This document shows positions 1 to 13,770 of a stretch of 64,000 nt of DNA, one piece after another. Under the pieces are notes generated by a model. It ran no database searches. It saw nothing but the letters and a program-made list of their open reading frames with translations, and was not told the origin of the DNA. Location of the stretch: NCBI RefSeq assembly GCF_001194135.2, contig NC_068984.1, positions 100,222,042 through 100,286,041 on the forward strand, in the 5' to 3' direction. Position 1 is the first letter of the stretch. Each line of letters opens with the position of its first letter. A program made the position numbers and the translations under genes. This stretch comes from Octopus bimaculoides. Lineage: Eukaryota.

Positions 1-237
1 GTGGGTGGCACATAAAAGACACCATTTCGAGCGTGGCCGTTTTTGTGCGGGTGACACGTAAAAGCACCCACTACACTCTCTGAGTGGTTGGCGTTAGGAA
101 GGGCATCCAGCTGTAGAAACTCTGCCAAATTAGACTGGAGCCTAGTGTTGCCATCCGGTTTCACCAGTCCTCAGTCAAATCGTCCAACCCATGCTAGCAT
201 GGAAAGCGGACGTTAAACGATGATGATGATGATGATA
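1..237 (+). mobile_element. 3' part of a SINE/RTE-tail family ending GGACGTTAAACG(ATG)n; copies at ~25010-25140, 45270-45470 (-), 45938-46075 and 47660-47920
   Basis: Near-identical GGCGTTAGGAAGGGCATCCAGCTGTAGAAAC...CCATGCTAGCATGGAAAGCGGACG blocks with an ATG-repeat tail. Confidence 0.85.
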
Positions 238-3053
238 TATATATATGTGTCTTCCTCTTCTTCTTTGGATGTCCATTGTAAGTCAACATTGACTGTTCTT
301 GTTCAGCAATCATCTCTGCCAGGCTCACATGTGGGCTATGAGGCCTGCTCTTGATCTGCAGCAATGATGTTAACTGCAGCAGATGAAGCTACTTGATGCA
401 ACAGAGAAGTGATGCCTCTCATGTTCTCTTTCATATTCTGTCTGTTGTTTCTTTTCAATGATTGGAAATAAACTTCAACATTTTTAATTGATAATCTATA
501 TAACATATAAATTGAAAAATGTAGGTTTCTGGTATGGTAGTATTGCATAAGCTCTCCAGCCTTGCGTTGATACATACTTACATACATACATGTGTATGTG
601 TGATTGTTTGTGTGTATATATGTATGTAAATTTAAGTATCTGTTTAAAACATAGATAAACCTTGTTATGAAATGAAAGTTGAAGCGTATACTCAGAATAC
701 TTGGTAAATCAGCCTAAGGAATGGAAAAACTGGTTTCACATTCATTATTGTTTAACAATCTCTGCTTAATCTTATTCTTTTGCTCTGAAAATAAGCATGA
801 TTAGAACTAAATGAATTTATAGATTTAGAGCAGGCAAAATGTTGATGTGGAGTGTTTATCAAACACTGTCAGCAAAGCTCTCAGTAAACTGTGATGACGA
901 AGGTTAAATGTGACAGAATGTCACAAAGACATTTCACTATAGGAAGAAATGGTAAGGTTAGAATCCCATTGAAGGATTTCACAGATTCAATAAAAATACA
1001 GAGAAAAGAATTGGTAAAATTAGCATATCAGAGATACTGAGCCAGAAAGGAAGTAAAATTGGTGAGGTTAAAATTTCAGAGAAGGCAGACTTCACAGATG
1101 TACTAACAGAAGGAGGAGAACAATTTCACCAGAAGCCATCAAGACAGCACACTTTTTTTCTCCAAAGTAAAAGAAGTTACAATAAAGGCCTCAGGCATGG
1201 CTGTGTGGTTAGAAGCTTGCTTCCCAACCACATGGTTCTGGGTTCAGTCCCACTGCATAACACCTTGGGTAAGTATCTTCTACCATAGCCTTGTGAGTGG
1301 GTTTGGTAAACAGAAACTGAAAGAAGCCTATTGTATATATATATGCGTGTGTGTCTGTGTTTGTCCCCCACTGCTGCTTGACAACTGGTAATGGTTTGTT
1401 TACATCCCCATAACTTAGCATAAAGAGACTGATAGGGCAAGTATCAGTGTTTCAGAAACAAGTACTGGGGTTTTCAAGGTAGTGCCCAAGCAGTCTAATG
1501 TCTCAAACACTACAGAGGACAAAAGAAAAAGAATGGGAAGAGAGAAAAGGCACCATTTCTTACCATACCAAGAAAAACAGGTTTTCGACAAGTGTCTTCT
1601 ATAACCCCAGCTTTGTGATTGGATTTGGTAAATGGGTACTGAAAGAAGCTTGTAGTACGTGTGTGTGTGTGTGAGTGTGTGTGTGTGTGAGCCTCCACCA
1701 CTTGACAACTGGTGTGGGATTGTTTTGTCTCCATAAATTAGAGGTTCAGTAAAAGAGTTTGATAGAGTATGTACTAAGCTTTAAAAAGAAATAACTACTA
1801 GGAACAATTTGTTTAACTAAACTCTTCAAGGTGGTGCCCCAGCATGGCAGCAGTCCAATAACTGAAACAAATAAAAGATTTAAAGATACATACAATCATA
1901 AGGTAAAAGACAAAGAGAATATGTTGGAATAATTTTAATATATCATTTTGTGTTGTGTACACATGAGAATATAGTGAACCATTTGTGACTAGAGAGATAA
2001 ATGATCTGTTGTTGTTGGTGGTGGCGGGGAGGTAATGATATCAAGAGGAGTTTAGGTAAATATTGCAGGAGCAGTGGTCGAAGTACACAAAGAGTAATGG
2101 TGGTTGGTACACAGAAGCAGTAGCTATTGATATTAAACTGTTGTATTATCTATTTACTGTACAACAACTGTGTTCCTTCATCAGTCTTCTCTCTCTGGAA
2201 ACATAATTATGTTACACATGCAATACATATATATATATACATGGATATATGTATGTATAATTATATATGTATACTCAATAATGTATATACAAAAAGGGTT
2301 GGCACCTTACATACATTATATATATTACATACTTAGATATATACATACCCATACACACACATATATACACATACATACAGATATGTATACACACACTATA
2401 TACATATATTTTTTTACAAATTAAAAAATTTACAGTTAACAACCTGTTATTTTTAAATATATTCTCTTTCTTTTGTACAAATGTAAGAAATTATCCACAG
2501 CAATCTCCTGTACATACATATGCACTCATCTATACACACACATATATATATTATATATATACACACACACATATTCATATATCAGTTGACTAATGTATAA
2601 AGTCCATTTCCTTTGTCATCAGACAACATAAAACTAAGAGCCTCTTTATGTTGCATATCCTACCTGGTGCGATGCCTGTATGCCCCTGTATGTGTACATC
2701 AATTGGTAACAAACCATTAATGAACATCTGATCAGACCACCATCAGTACTTGACTGGTACTTTATTTTATTAACCCTGCAAGGATGACTGGCAAAGTCAA
2801 ACTAGGCAAGATTTCAACTTAGATTGCAAGAGATTGTAACTATGTATCTTATGGAATTTTGTCTAACAGCCTACCAATTCTCTTTGTCCTTCCTCTTCAT
2901 GTTCCTTTCAAATTATGTAATATTTGTAAAGTAACCCACTTTAACCCTTACATCCTGTTTAGTTCTTTAGCATTTTAACTGGCCAGATCTGACCAACATA
3001 ATATACTTGGTTTATCTCCAAACTGGTCAGATTCAGCCTCTAGCGCTTATCCA

Positions 3054-3273
3054 GCGGTGAGCTGGCAGAAACGTTAGCATGCTGGGCGAAATGCTTAGCG
3101 GAATTTCGTCTGTCTTTATGTTCTGAGTTCAAATTCTACCAAGATCAACTTTGTCTTTCATCCTTTTGAGGTCAATAAATTAAGTACCAGTTGTGCACTG
3201 GAGTCGATCTAATCGACTGGCCCCTTCCCTAAAAATTTTGGGCCTTGTGCCTAGAGTAGAAAAGAATATTATT
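3054..3273 (+). mobile_element. tRNA-derived SINE, ATT-tailed family; dozens of copies in the window
   Basis: Pol III A-box-like GAGCTGGCAGAAACGTTAG, B-box-like GAGTTCAAATTC, conserved body CTTTGCCTTTCATCC...GGCCTTGTGCC, and an ATT tail. Confidence 0.85.
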
Positions 3274-4922
3274 CTAAAAATAAACAGTCACATCATTGAA
3301 ATCTTAGTTACAAGGTAATGCATAACTAATTCATATGAATGTGAATAAATAAGCATTACATTTGACAGAGAAGTCTGAATGCTAAAGGATTAATAAATGA
3401 ACTGAGCTCTGTCTCGGTAGACAACGACCAGCTTTCAGTATAAACCTCTGCAAAGGTTCTATTGTTATTTATCACAAAAGTAAGATCCGAGATGTGATAC
3501 ACGGCCAACTTATGCAACAGGAAGTTTGCGGAGCCAGAGGAGTTCTATGTAGTTGTTTAGTTTTGTTAGCAATAACAGCAAAATTTCCAAACCACACCTT
3601 ACTGTCTTGGAAGAAATTCGTAGATGGATAATGTGGTCATGGATACATTATGCCAAGTCTACATAAGTAGATGGAATTGACACAGCTGAAATGCCTTGGA
3701 TTATGAGTTCTGCACATTTAAAGTTGACTTGGAGCTAAACAACAACAGAAAACTGTACAACAGTTAATGCTATGAACATCAGAGGTGGATAGCTGCAACA
3801 AGAGACTGCCACAAGTCCTTGAAAGGAAATAATAATAATGATAATTTTCTAATTTTGGCACAAGGCCATTGATTTTAGGTACAGTGGATTAGTCGATTAC
3901 ATTGATCCCTCTACTTGACTTTATGAATGCCAGAAGGATGAAAGACAAGGTTTCACTTCAGTAGAATTTTATCCCATATGTAAAGAGCTGAAAGAAAAAT
4001 TGCAAAGCATTTTGTCTAATCTACTAAAGATTCCACCAACTTGCAGCCTTGATAATAAAGATAATAACAATTCTTTCTGCTATAGGTTCAAGGCCTGAAA
4101 TTTTGGGTGAGAGAGTAAGTCAGTTACATTGACCCTAGTGTTCAGCTGATATTTATTTTATCAACTCTGGAAGGATGAAAGGCAAAGTTAACCATGCCAG
4201 AATTTGAATGCAAAGATGGATGAAATGTCACTAAGCATTTTGTTCAGTGTGTTAATGATTCTGCCAGTCAATTAAACCAACCCCTGTATTTGGTATTTTA
4301 TTCTTATCAAACCTGGAAAACTGTCTTCAGTAAAATTTGAACTCAGAACTTAAAGGGTTATAACTAAATAATACAAAGCTCCACCATGAACAATTTTACC
4401 ATGATTTCTAATAGGTACAAAGCCACCAATTTAGATGGTTTCTCAATACTTCACCAGTACTTATTTTATCAAACCAACAAGGATGAAAAGACAAAATCAA
4501 GCCTGGTGAGAATTTAATTTCCAATACGAAGAAGGGGCATAACTAAATACTGCAGGCCATTTTGTTCGCTGTACTACTACTAATTCTCCTCATCAACCAC
4601 TCTCAAAAATAATTATTAATTCTAACATTACCACAAAGCCGCACTCATTGAAGAAGAGGATTAGAGTGAATTAAACCGACATAGGTACATAACTGATATT
4701 TTAGAGATTCTGAGAAATTGAAAGGTAAGTTAGACTGTGGTGGCATTTGGAATTTTGCAACTAAATACAACAAGGAATTTTGCTCTACTGATTTTATCAA
4801 TAAACCTTACTAATGATAATGATAATAGTCATGATGATGGTGGTGGTGGTGGTGGTGGTAGTGAAGATGTCAAAAAGCAGGAGAAATTCTACAGAATCTG
4901 CCATAGAGTTTTCTTGTATTTC

Positions 4923-4953
<31 letters not shown>

Positions 4954-6789
4954 TACTAATATGGAATTTGTTAAATTTCTGTATGAAACATACATTACCA
5001 CATTAATTTGATAATACATAAGTACTACTAAACAAGGGAACTCCATTACAGAAGGGTCAACAAAATCTTTCTTAAATAATGCTCTACATTATTAAAAAGG
5101 GAAAACTAAGGATGTACTGAATAAGATAGTCCAAGATGAGATGCTCAACAGAAGTTGACTCAACAGCTACTTAGACTAAGCACAATGTCTTAGATATTGT
5201 AGTCCTAGGCACACTGTTTGAAGAAAGGTGCTAAGGTCATAGATCAAACAGCTTTATCTGATCCATGTGAAACTATTTGATCATAACTGACCTGGGGCTC
5301 AACCAACAACCTGCCTCACCTGACTTTGTAACAGAAGTAATGCCATTCTCATGGAAACTCTACCAATGCAGTTATCATCATGAAGAACAGAAACTGTTAT
5401 GTTATTTTATCTTGGAAATCATGGTTAGTCATGTAGGATTTTTTTCCGTGTCAAAAAGATATGGCAGGAATTTTGAGTTGCCAAATCTAAAAAAAGGAAT
5501 TCTAACAAAAGTATAAGACCACACATTTTGATGGAAAGATCAATTGATTTTATGATAATGAGGTTGTGAGTTCTGTTGCTGAACTGGATAGTGCATTGTG
5601 TTGTTGAGCAAGGTAGTTCATTTCATATTGCCGCAGGATACTCAGCTGTAAATGACTACCAATCTAGTGCTGATGCAGACCTCTCTGTCCTTCCAGCTGT
5701 CACATTTTGGATATTTTACTGGGTTGAGTGTGAGAGAACTGAGAAGGAACCTGCATTTGCTCACATCTACAAAGATACCAGAAATAATTAGTGAATTAGT
5801 ACATATTGCTTTCTACTATGGGCATAAAAGCCTGAAACTTAGTGGGAGGGGCTAGTCAATAACATCAACTCCAGTGCTTGACTGGTTCTTATTTTATGGA
5901 CCCCCAAGAGGATGAAAGGCAAAACTGACCTCAGTGGAACTTGAACTCAGAATGTAAAGATATATGAAATGCTGCTTAGCATTTTGGCCAGTGTGTTTAC
6001 AATTCTACCAGCTCATTGCCTTGAAAGCAAAGTACATACTACCAAGCGATATTGTCAGTGATGGCTATGCAGAACAATATTACCTAAGAAAAGACAATTA
6101 TTTTATTGTCTTTTCTCATGTAACTCTTCTGACCTACCAAAAGGATGAAGGACAAAGTAAAAATCGGTGGAATTTTGAAGTTGGATCATAAGCAAGTATA
6201 CAAGCAAATACTGAAGTGCATGTTATCTATTGCTCAACCAATTCTACCATCCAAACATGTTATTGTAGTAGTAGTTGTAAATCAAGAATAGGAAGCCCCT
6301 CACTCATGGCTACAATTGTACCTGCATTTAAATTTTATGCTAACCTCTAACAAAGTTTCTGAACATTCAAATAATAGAAAACAGTTTAAATACTGAGACA
6401 AAAGCAGTGCTTTAATATGTTACATATCTGGATTTGTAAAATGAAAAATTTGTTATTTTTCTCAGCTCCAATAGATCATTAAAAGTTGCTTCACTCCTGT
6501 TGTAAATGAACAAATTACATTAACTTTAGAATGTAGTAACAATGCAAAGAAATCACTGTATCAGCCAAACTACTGGATGTTATACACAACTGGCTACAAT
6601 GTACTTTTTTGCAATGTTGTAGCTTTCAAATGATGGTATTTTGCAGGGAAAAAAGAGATGGTCTTGGTTGCAAGTTTCCTTCAGAAATCGTGGTGATAAA
6701 AAGAAACTGAGCCCTAAATATTGTTACAAATCCAGCTTTAAATCCAAGTAATATAATAACAAAATGTTCTTTAAAAACAAAAAGCATAT

Positions 6790-6990
6790 CTATAAGCAGC
6801 TGTAGTGTGCAAGACTGTACTGGTGCAGATATGTGATGCATATGAAGGATGACGATTAGGTGTACCACAACATGTGCCAGACAATCTGTAGTTCACAGAA
6901 GAAGAAAATCAACAGAGATGTGGCAAGAAGTGATCATAGGATGCTGAACTTTATAGAAATGAAGGTGACAGTAAATAATGATGATATCTG
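6790..6990 (+). mobile_element. Decayed RTE-type LINE 3' end
   Basis: RLYWCRYVMHMKDDD...INRDVARSDHRMLNFIE resembles the RTE C-terminal RLRWYGHVMRM...WDEVVKxDLRxL. Confidence 0.4.
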
Positions 6991-7954
6991 CTATACAAGG
7001 TGTACCGAAAGGCAGACATCATTAAATTTCTATTATTTCAAATCACATCTTTTCAAAGTTCAATGGTACTTGGCACTTGGTTTATTATTTGTATATATAT
7101 GTGTGTGTGTGTATGTGTGTAAGCATATACACATACATACACACAAGTATTTTGAATATTATAGAAGTGCTGCCTTTCAGTGTAAAAAAAAAAAGAAGCT
7201 TAATAATCAACATTTCAAAAGAGAGCTAGTATTTGGTCACTTAACATTTCTTTGGTTCAGTGCTCTCCTAGTCAAAAATCACCATCACCAATATCAGAGA
7301 ACTATTAATTTTTAGAGATGGACATGTACTGTACTATCAAAAGTTCAATTCTCTACAGAGTTTCCCTTTCTCCTTAGATATGATTTTTATCTTGTGTAAG
7401 TACCAGTTAAATACTAAGGTTGGCTTGATAATGATGGTCTCAGGATGTGGTTTCGAAAGTGCACAGTGGCAAGATACAGGGTAACTGAATGTGCTGTCAC
7501 AGGAAGGCAAAAATCACAACTTTTTATAGTGGTACTATTAAAAAGTAGTCAATCCTTCATACTTATTACCTTAAAATGATGCACCAAGAGGAGTAGAGGG
7601 CATATAAATACATAGACACACATATACACACACACACACAGACACACGCATGCACATCAAGCAATAAAGACCAACTCAAATGCCATTATATTTTGGTTAA
7701 AGCTCATATTTTCTAAAAAAAAAAAAAAAAGTGAAATATAAGAAGAATCAGTTGTTTTTTGGGAGCCTTTGATGGGTTACGGTGAGTACAGATGTAATTG
7801 TTGGCACCTTGGATGACGAGACTAATATAGCTTCACCTTGCATCGTGCTTTTTCTTTGTTGACATGTGAGAAATATTAAGTCAGAGTTATCATGAATTAT
7901 TCTTGGTTTATCCAACAGGATATATAAAATACAAAAGAATAAAAACAAAAATTA

Positions 7955-8059
7955 TAACATATATATATATATATATGCATGCATATATGTATATATATTC
8001 ATGTATATATGTGTATGTGTATATATATATATATATGCATGTATGTGTATATATATTAC

Positions 8060-8095
<36 letters not shown>

Positions 8096-8270
8096 TTATG
8101 TGTATGTATGTATTTATATATATATTTTTTTGTTTTTATATGTATATTTTATATATATACATATATATATGTATGTGTGTGTGTATTTATATATATATTT
8201 ATATATATACACATGTATTTGTATTTATATATGTACATATATACATGTATTTTTTTTTATATGTATATTT

Positions 8271-8303
<33 letters not shown>

Positions 8304-8410
8304 ATTTATATATATATATATATATACACATGTATTTGTATTTATATATGTACATATATACATGTATTTGTATATGTATTTTTATATATATGTATATGTG
8401 TATGTATATC
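7955..8410. repeat. Long compound (TA)n/(TG)n microsatellite with an internally duplicated block
   Basis: Direct reading. Similar tracts at ~2220-2580, 38445-38540, 45850-45940, 46075-46160 and 53490-53680. Confidence 0.95.
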
Positions 8411-9253
8411 AGTGTGGAGTGAAAATCAATACAATTCAAACAAAAATACCCTGCAGTATTCATATCCAACCGAGTGATATCTCCGCTTACGCAAATGTTG
8501 ACTTCACATTTTGTATCATATAAGAAAGATGAAATTTGTACCAGATAAAGTACTGAGGTCGATATATTTGACTAAAACACATGAAGGCAGTGCCCAGCAT
8601 GGCTGCAGTCCAATGACTGAAATCAGTGAAAGAAGAATAAAAAAGAAAAGAAAAGAGAAAAAAGCCTTTTTAATTACAGTAAAAATTTTTTTCACAAATT
8701 ACTTATTTTCTCAGTGACAATGTCGGTCATTATGCTGTAAATTGGGGATTTCATTAGAGAAAGAGACATTCTCAATAATTAGACACTAATTAATGAATGG
8801 CGTAAGTAATGTGAAGGTTGGAATTCAAAGATGATGAAAGTTCTTTAAGACAATTTACAGGTATCATGAGAAGAAATGGAAAAATTTTCCATTTCAAAAT
8901 GCAAAACTGAATTTTCATCACATTTCATCTTATGGAAGGAGAGAATAAAGGAAAAAAAAAAAAAAAGAAAAAAGCTGGTACAATTTTTTTGTTTTTTGTT
9001 TTGTTTTGAAAGCAGTATCTGCATAAGAAATTTAAGAACAATAAGTGAGAGTGGTTGTTGATGATAAATAATTTATGAGAAGATAGAAATCTTTTGCAAA
9101 TTGTGACATTACAAACAGTAAAGAAGGAATTAAATGCTTGTTAAATTTCTAGAAATAAATTAATGAAGTTGACAGAATCTGCTACTACCCCTGACTTAAT
9201 AAAGCAGTACACCCACTTGAAGCATTTTAAAAAAAAAATATGATGAAGTTAGA

Positions 9254-9811
9254 NNNNNNNNNNNNNNNNNNNNNNNNNNNNNNNNNNNNNNNNNNNNNNN
9301 NNNNNNNNNNNNNNNNNNNNNNNNNNNNNNNNNNNNNNNNNNNNNNNNNNNNNNNNNNNNNNNNNNNNNNNNNNNNNNNNNNNNNNNNNNNNNNNNNNNN
9401 NNNNNNNNNNNNNNNNNNNNNNNNNNNNNNNNNNNNNNNNNNNNNNNNNNNNNNNNNNNNNNNNNNNNNNNNNNNNNNNNNNNNNNNNNNNNNNNNNNNN
9501 NNNNNNNNNNNNNNNNNNNNNNNNNNNNNNNNNNNNNNNNNNNNNNNNNNNNNNNNNNNNNNNNNNNNNNNNNNNNNNNNNNNNNNNNNNNNNNNNNNNN
9601 NNNNNNNNNNNNNNNNNNNNNNNNNNNNNNNNNNNNNNNNNNNNNNNNNNNNNNNNNNNNNNNNNNNNNNNNNNNNNNNNNNNNNNNNNNNNNNNNNNNN
9701 NNNNNNNNNNNNNNNNNNNNNNNNNNNNNNNNNNNNNNNNNNNNNNNNNNNNNNNNNNNNNNNNNNNNNNNNNNNNNNNNNNNNNNNNNNNNNNNNNNNN
9801 NNNNNNNNNNN
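9254..9811. other. Assembly gap (558 N); smaller gaps at 25964-26022 and 36903-36917
   Basis: Runs of n. Confidence 1.
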
Positions 9812-9888
9812 AAGAACTGAACTTAGAACATAAAGCAATGAAGAATGGATTTTATCTGCTGTTTTACTGTTTCTGCAATCCACCCACT

Positions 9889-11240
9889 AATTTAGGCACA
9901 AGGCCAACAATTTTAAAGGGAAGGGGAGAGGAGCCTAGCAGATACCACTGACCCCAGAACTAAATTGGTATTTTATTTGATTAATCCTGGAGGGATGAAA
10001 AGCAAAGGAGACTTTGGTGGGATTAGAACTCAGAATATCAAGAACATTCTGTTCAATGCTCTAACAATTCCACTATCTAGCTGTTCTAATAATAGTAATA
10101 ATAATGATGATGATAATAATAATAATAATAATAATAATCTTTTCTACTTTAGGCACAAGGCCTAAATCTTTTTGTGGGGATAGATTAGTTGATTACATCA
10201 GCCCCCAGTAATTATCTGGTACTTATTTCATTGACCCTGAAAGGGAAAAGGCAAAGTCAACCTCGGCAATATTTGAACTCAGAAAGGTGGTGAGCTGGCA
10301 GAATCGTTAGCACACCAGGCAAAACACTCAGTGGTATTTTGTCCATCTTTGTTCTAAGTTCAAATTCCACTGAGGTCGGCTTTGCCTTTCATCCCCTTCT
10401 GGGTTGATAAAATAAGTACCAGTTGAGCACTGGGGTCGATGTAAACAATTTTCCCCCATCTCGAAATTGCTGGCCTTGTGCCAAAATGTGAAACCAATAT
10501 TTGAACTCAGAACATTAAAGATGGATGAAATGCTGCTAAGCATTTTGTCTAGTATGTTAACAATTCTGCCAGCTTGCCATCTTAACAACAATAATAGTAA
10601 TAATAAGGGATTCAAATTTTGGCACAAAGCCAGCTGGCTTGGGGGAGGAGCTAAGTTGATTACATCAACTTCAGTGTTCAACTGATACTTATTTTATCAA
10701 CCCTGAAAGGATGAAAGGCAAAGTTGACTTTGATAAAATCTGATTCAGAACAAAGATGGATGAAATACTGTTAAGCATTTTGTCTGGTGTACTAACGATT
10801 CTACCAGCTCACCACAGTAATAATACTAATAATGAAAATTGTTTCAAATTATTGCACAAGACCAGTAATTTAATAGGTGGGTGGGTGTTAGTCCATTACC
10901 ATTGACCTCAATATTTGGCTAGTACTTTATCATATTGCCCCCAACAGGATGAAAGGCAAAGTTGACCTTGATGCAATTAATCTCAGAATGTACACAACAA
11001 AATATAAGCAAGGCATTATGTCCCACACTAACGATTCTGCCAATCCACCACCCTAATAATAATCCTTTCTATTAAAGGCTCAAGGCCTGAAATTTTGGGG
11101 GCTGGGAGTTGTCGATTACATTGGTCCCAGTGCTTGACTGCTATTTTTATCAACCATGAAAGGACAAAAGGTAAAGTCACTCTTAGCAGAATTCTTGAAC
11201 TCAGAATGTAAAAATGGACAAACTGCTGCTAAGCACAATG
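9889..11240. mobile_element. Chain of about 7 ATT-tailed SINE copies in both orientations, separated by (AAT)n
   Basis: Repeated GGCACAAGGCC...GGATGAAAGGCAAAG...TTTGAACTCAGAA blocks. Similar chains at ~3840-4620, 23100-23600, 40990-41650 and 62850-63990. Confidence 0.8.
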
Positions 11241-11255
11241 CCTTAATAATAATGA

Positions 11256-11494
11256 TTAACCCTTTAGCATTCAGATTATTGTATCAAGTGCAATATTTAT
11301 TCATTCACCTATTTTTAATTAATCCTGCATTATCTCATAGCTCTGAGATTTCAAGGATGCGACTGTTGTTTTTTTTTTTCTTTTTTAGAATAACATTGTA
11401 GGGTAGATGTGAGAGACCAGATACGGTCTATTTGAACACAAAACAAGCAGTATATTTGGGCTGAATATGGCTAGTTTAAATGCTAAAGAGTTAA
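11256..11494. mobile_element. piggyBac-type MITE (TTAA target site, CCCTTTAGCATT...AATGCTAAAGAG termini); related copies at ~2961-3394, ~30774-30998 and ~48940-49120
   Basis: Terminal inverted repeats flanked by TTAA on both sides, with several similar copies in the window. Confidence 0.7.
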
Positions 11495-11563
11495 GGAGTA
11501 ATAATAATATTCCTAAAAGAACTCCAGTGGTATTTTGGTGTTATTGAAATAAACATTGTAATT

Positions 11564-11925
11564 GTTTCATATCAAAGCCTTGTAGTTTTTGCATTAAAGC
11601 CTTGCTTTTTAACACATTCATAATTTTATGTCAAAGCCCTATTAACAAATGAAGGTTTATGTTAAAGCCCTATCATTTAACACATACAGGTCAAAGCTCT
11701 TATTTAAAACATTTTTAAATTCAAGCCCTATAATTTTACTCATCTGTAGTTTCGGGACAATGCCCTATTTTTCAACACATGAGCTAGTCAATAATTTAAC
11801 ATAACTGTTAGTTAAAACCTTGAAATTTAACACATCTGGGGGTTTAGATCAAAGCTCCACTGTTTAACATATCTTTAAGTTTAGATCACAGCACTATTAA
11901 CACATCTGTAGTTTCATGGTAAAGA
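11564..11925. repeat. Degenerate minisatellite, about 11 units of roughly 30-38 nt (consensus ~TCAAAGCCCTATTAACACATCTGTAGTTT)
   Basis: Recurrent AAAGCC/AAAGCT and TTAACACAT motifs at semi-regular spacing. Confidence 0.6.
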
Positions 11926-13440
11926 TCTGTTGCTATTTTAGCAGTTTTAACAAAAGGAAAGTGATAGGTTTGTCAGAACTGAATACCATGGAATGAATAA
12001 TAACAATGTTCAGTTGAGGTTTTGCTCATAACTTAATAATCAACAGTAACACATGGTAACAATTAATAACTTCAAGTTAGTGTCATCAACACTAACAAAC
12101 AGCTATTTATAAAGCAATTTATTATTAATAATAATTGTTTCAAGTTTTGCCACAAGGCCAACAATTTCGAGGATAGCGTACATCAATTACATAAACCCCA
12201 ATGCTCAACTTGTACTTATTTTATCAACCCCAAAAGGATGAAAGGTAAAGTTGACCTTGACGGAATTTGAACTCAGAATGTGAAGATGAACAAAATGCCA
12301 CTAAGCATTTTGAGTGGCATCCTAACAACTCTGCGAGTTCAATAATAATAGTAATAATAATAATAATAGTGATAATAATAATTTCTAACAGAAACACAAG
12401 GCTACATCCAGCAGGAAGAAACAATTCACTAATGATAAAAATATAATGATAATCTTCTGAGATGTGAATGGAGGGGATTAGTTATTTAAATTGATCCCAG
12501 TGCTTGACTGGTACTATAATGAACTCTGGAAGAATAAAAGTTAGACAACAACCAGATTTAAACTTAGAATGGGAAGAACCAGAACAATACTGCATTTTTT
12601 ATTCTATTATACCTTCTGGTAATTATCTTAAAAAGGATGAAAAATAACATTGATGTTGGTGAGATTTGAACTCAGAACATGACATGTCAGAACTAAATAC
12701 TACAAAGCATTTCATCCAATTGTTATCAAAAGTAATCTTGTGCCTTGATCAGAAATCTGTATAACTAATTCTTCAACAGAAGGTTGTAACAGAAACATTT
12801 CTTAAACAAGAGTGTCTACAAATATAGACTCATTAACAAACATTTAAGTGAGCAGGGAATAGAAACAGATTTACATGCAAGTTGGTTCTAACGTAGTTGA
12901 CCTTAGGTGTTAAGAGTCAAGGACAAAATGCCATGCAGTATTAGTTCTGGCTTTCACAGTTCAAATCCCACTCAGGTTAACTTTGTCTCAGATAATTTTG
13001 GAGTTAATAAAATAAAGTCCCAGTTCAGAGCAGTGGACTGGGAAAACAGTTAGAACATCAGATGAAATGCTTGTCCCAGGAGTTTATCAATATGAATTAC
13101 TTAAGAGGGAGATCATATCCCTTCATCCAGTTTAACACCAGCACCTGATCTTTTAGTAAAGTTCACTGTTGTAAGTATTGAAATCAGATCTCTGGTTTCA
13201 CTATAATTTTCTCTCTGAAACACATCAATGTCAGAGGCATAGAAAAATAAAGGGCCATGCCCCTTATTCTGTGACTAAATGGTAAAAAAATAAATCTGGT
13301 CAGAATGCAACACAATATGTTTAATAATTTACCCATAACAGAATAAGAACAATCATGTGTTGGTGAAGAAGGATCAGTAAGGTTCACAATAAGGGTATGT
13401 AAGTCGTGTTTGAAAGGGTTGATCAATATAAGTTAATATC

Positions 13441-13770
13441 TAGGACCTCCTTTGGTCAAGAATGACTATGGGATTGCACCTAGAAAGTTTCCCTCTGAGG
13501 AACAAGTCTGGGCAAGGTTGTTTTGTGGAAGACTAGCAGTCACCCATGCATAACAGTCTCCCCTCTCCACACCACCAATGTTGTCCAAGGGAAAGGCCAA
13601 TACAGCTTAACACCAGTGATGCTGCAATTCATATTTACAGCCGAGAGAACTGGAGTATCATGAAATAAAGTGTCTTGCTCAAGAACACAACACAGCCTGG
13701 TTCAGAATTCAAACTCAAAACCTCACAATTGTAAACCACAAACTCTAACCGCTGAGCTATGCAACTTCAC
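13441..13770 (-). mobile_element. tRNA-derived SINE with CORE/Meta-like central motif; related copy at ~27620-27800
   Basis: Minus-strand head AGCTCAGCGGTTAGAG...GAGTTTGAATTC followed by TTGTGTTCTTGAGCAAGACACTTTA. Confidence 0.6.

Noticed and set aside
336-587. 83 aa minus ORF with protein-like composition
   Set aside because: Starts in a microsatellite, has no recognisable homology and no partner exons; possibly a decayed transposon.
7903-8523. Overlapping 147-206 aa ORFs rich in Y/I/C/V/M
   Set aside because: Translations of a TA/TG microsatellite. The same applies to ORFs near 2127-2424, 17662-18353, 46043-46693, 53404-53738 and 59644-60050.
9227-9883. 197 and 218 aa ORFs
   Set aside because: Almost entirely the N gap.
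11564-11925. Repeat-spacer appearance suggesting CRISPR
   Set aside because: Eukaryotic context, degenerate repeats, irregular spacing, no unique spacers and no cas genes.
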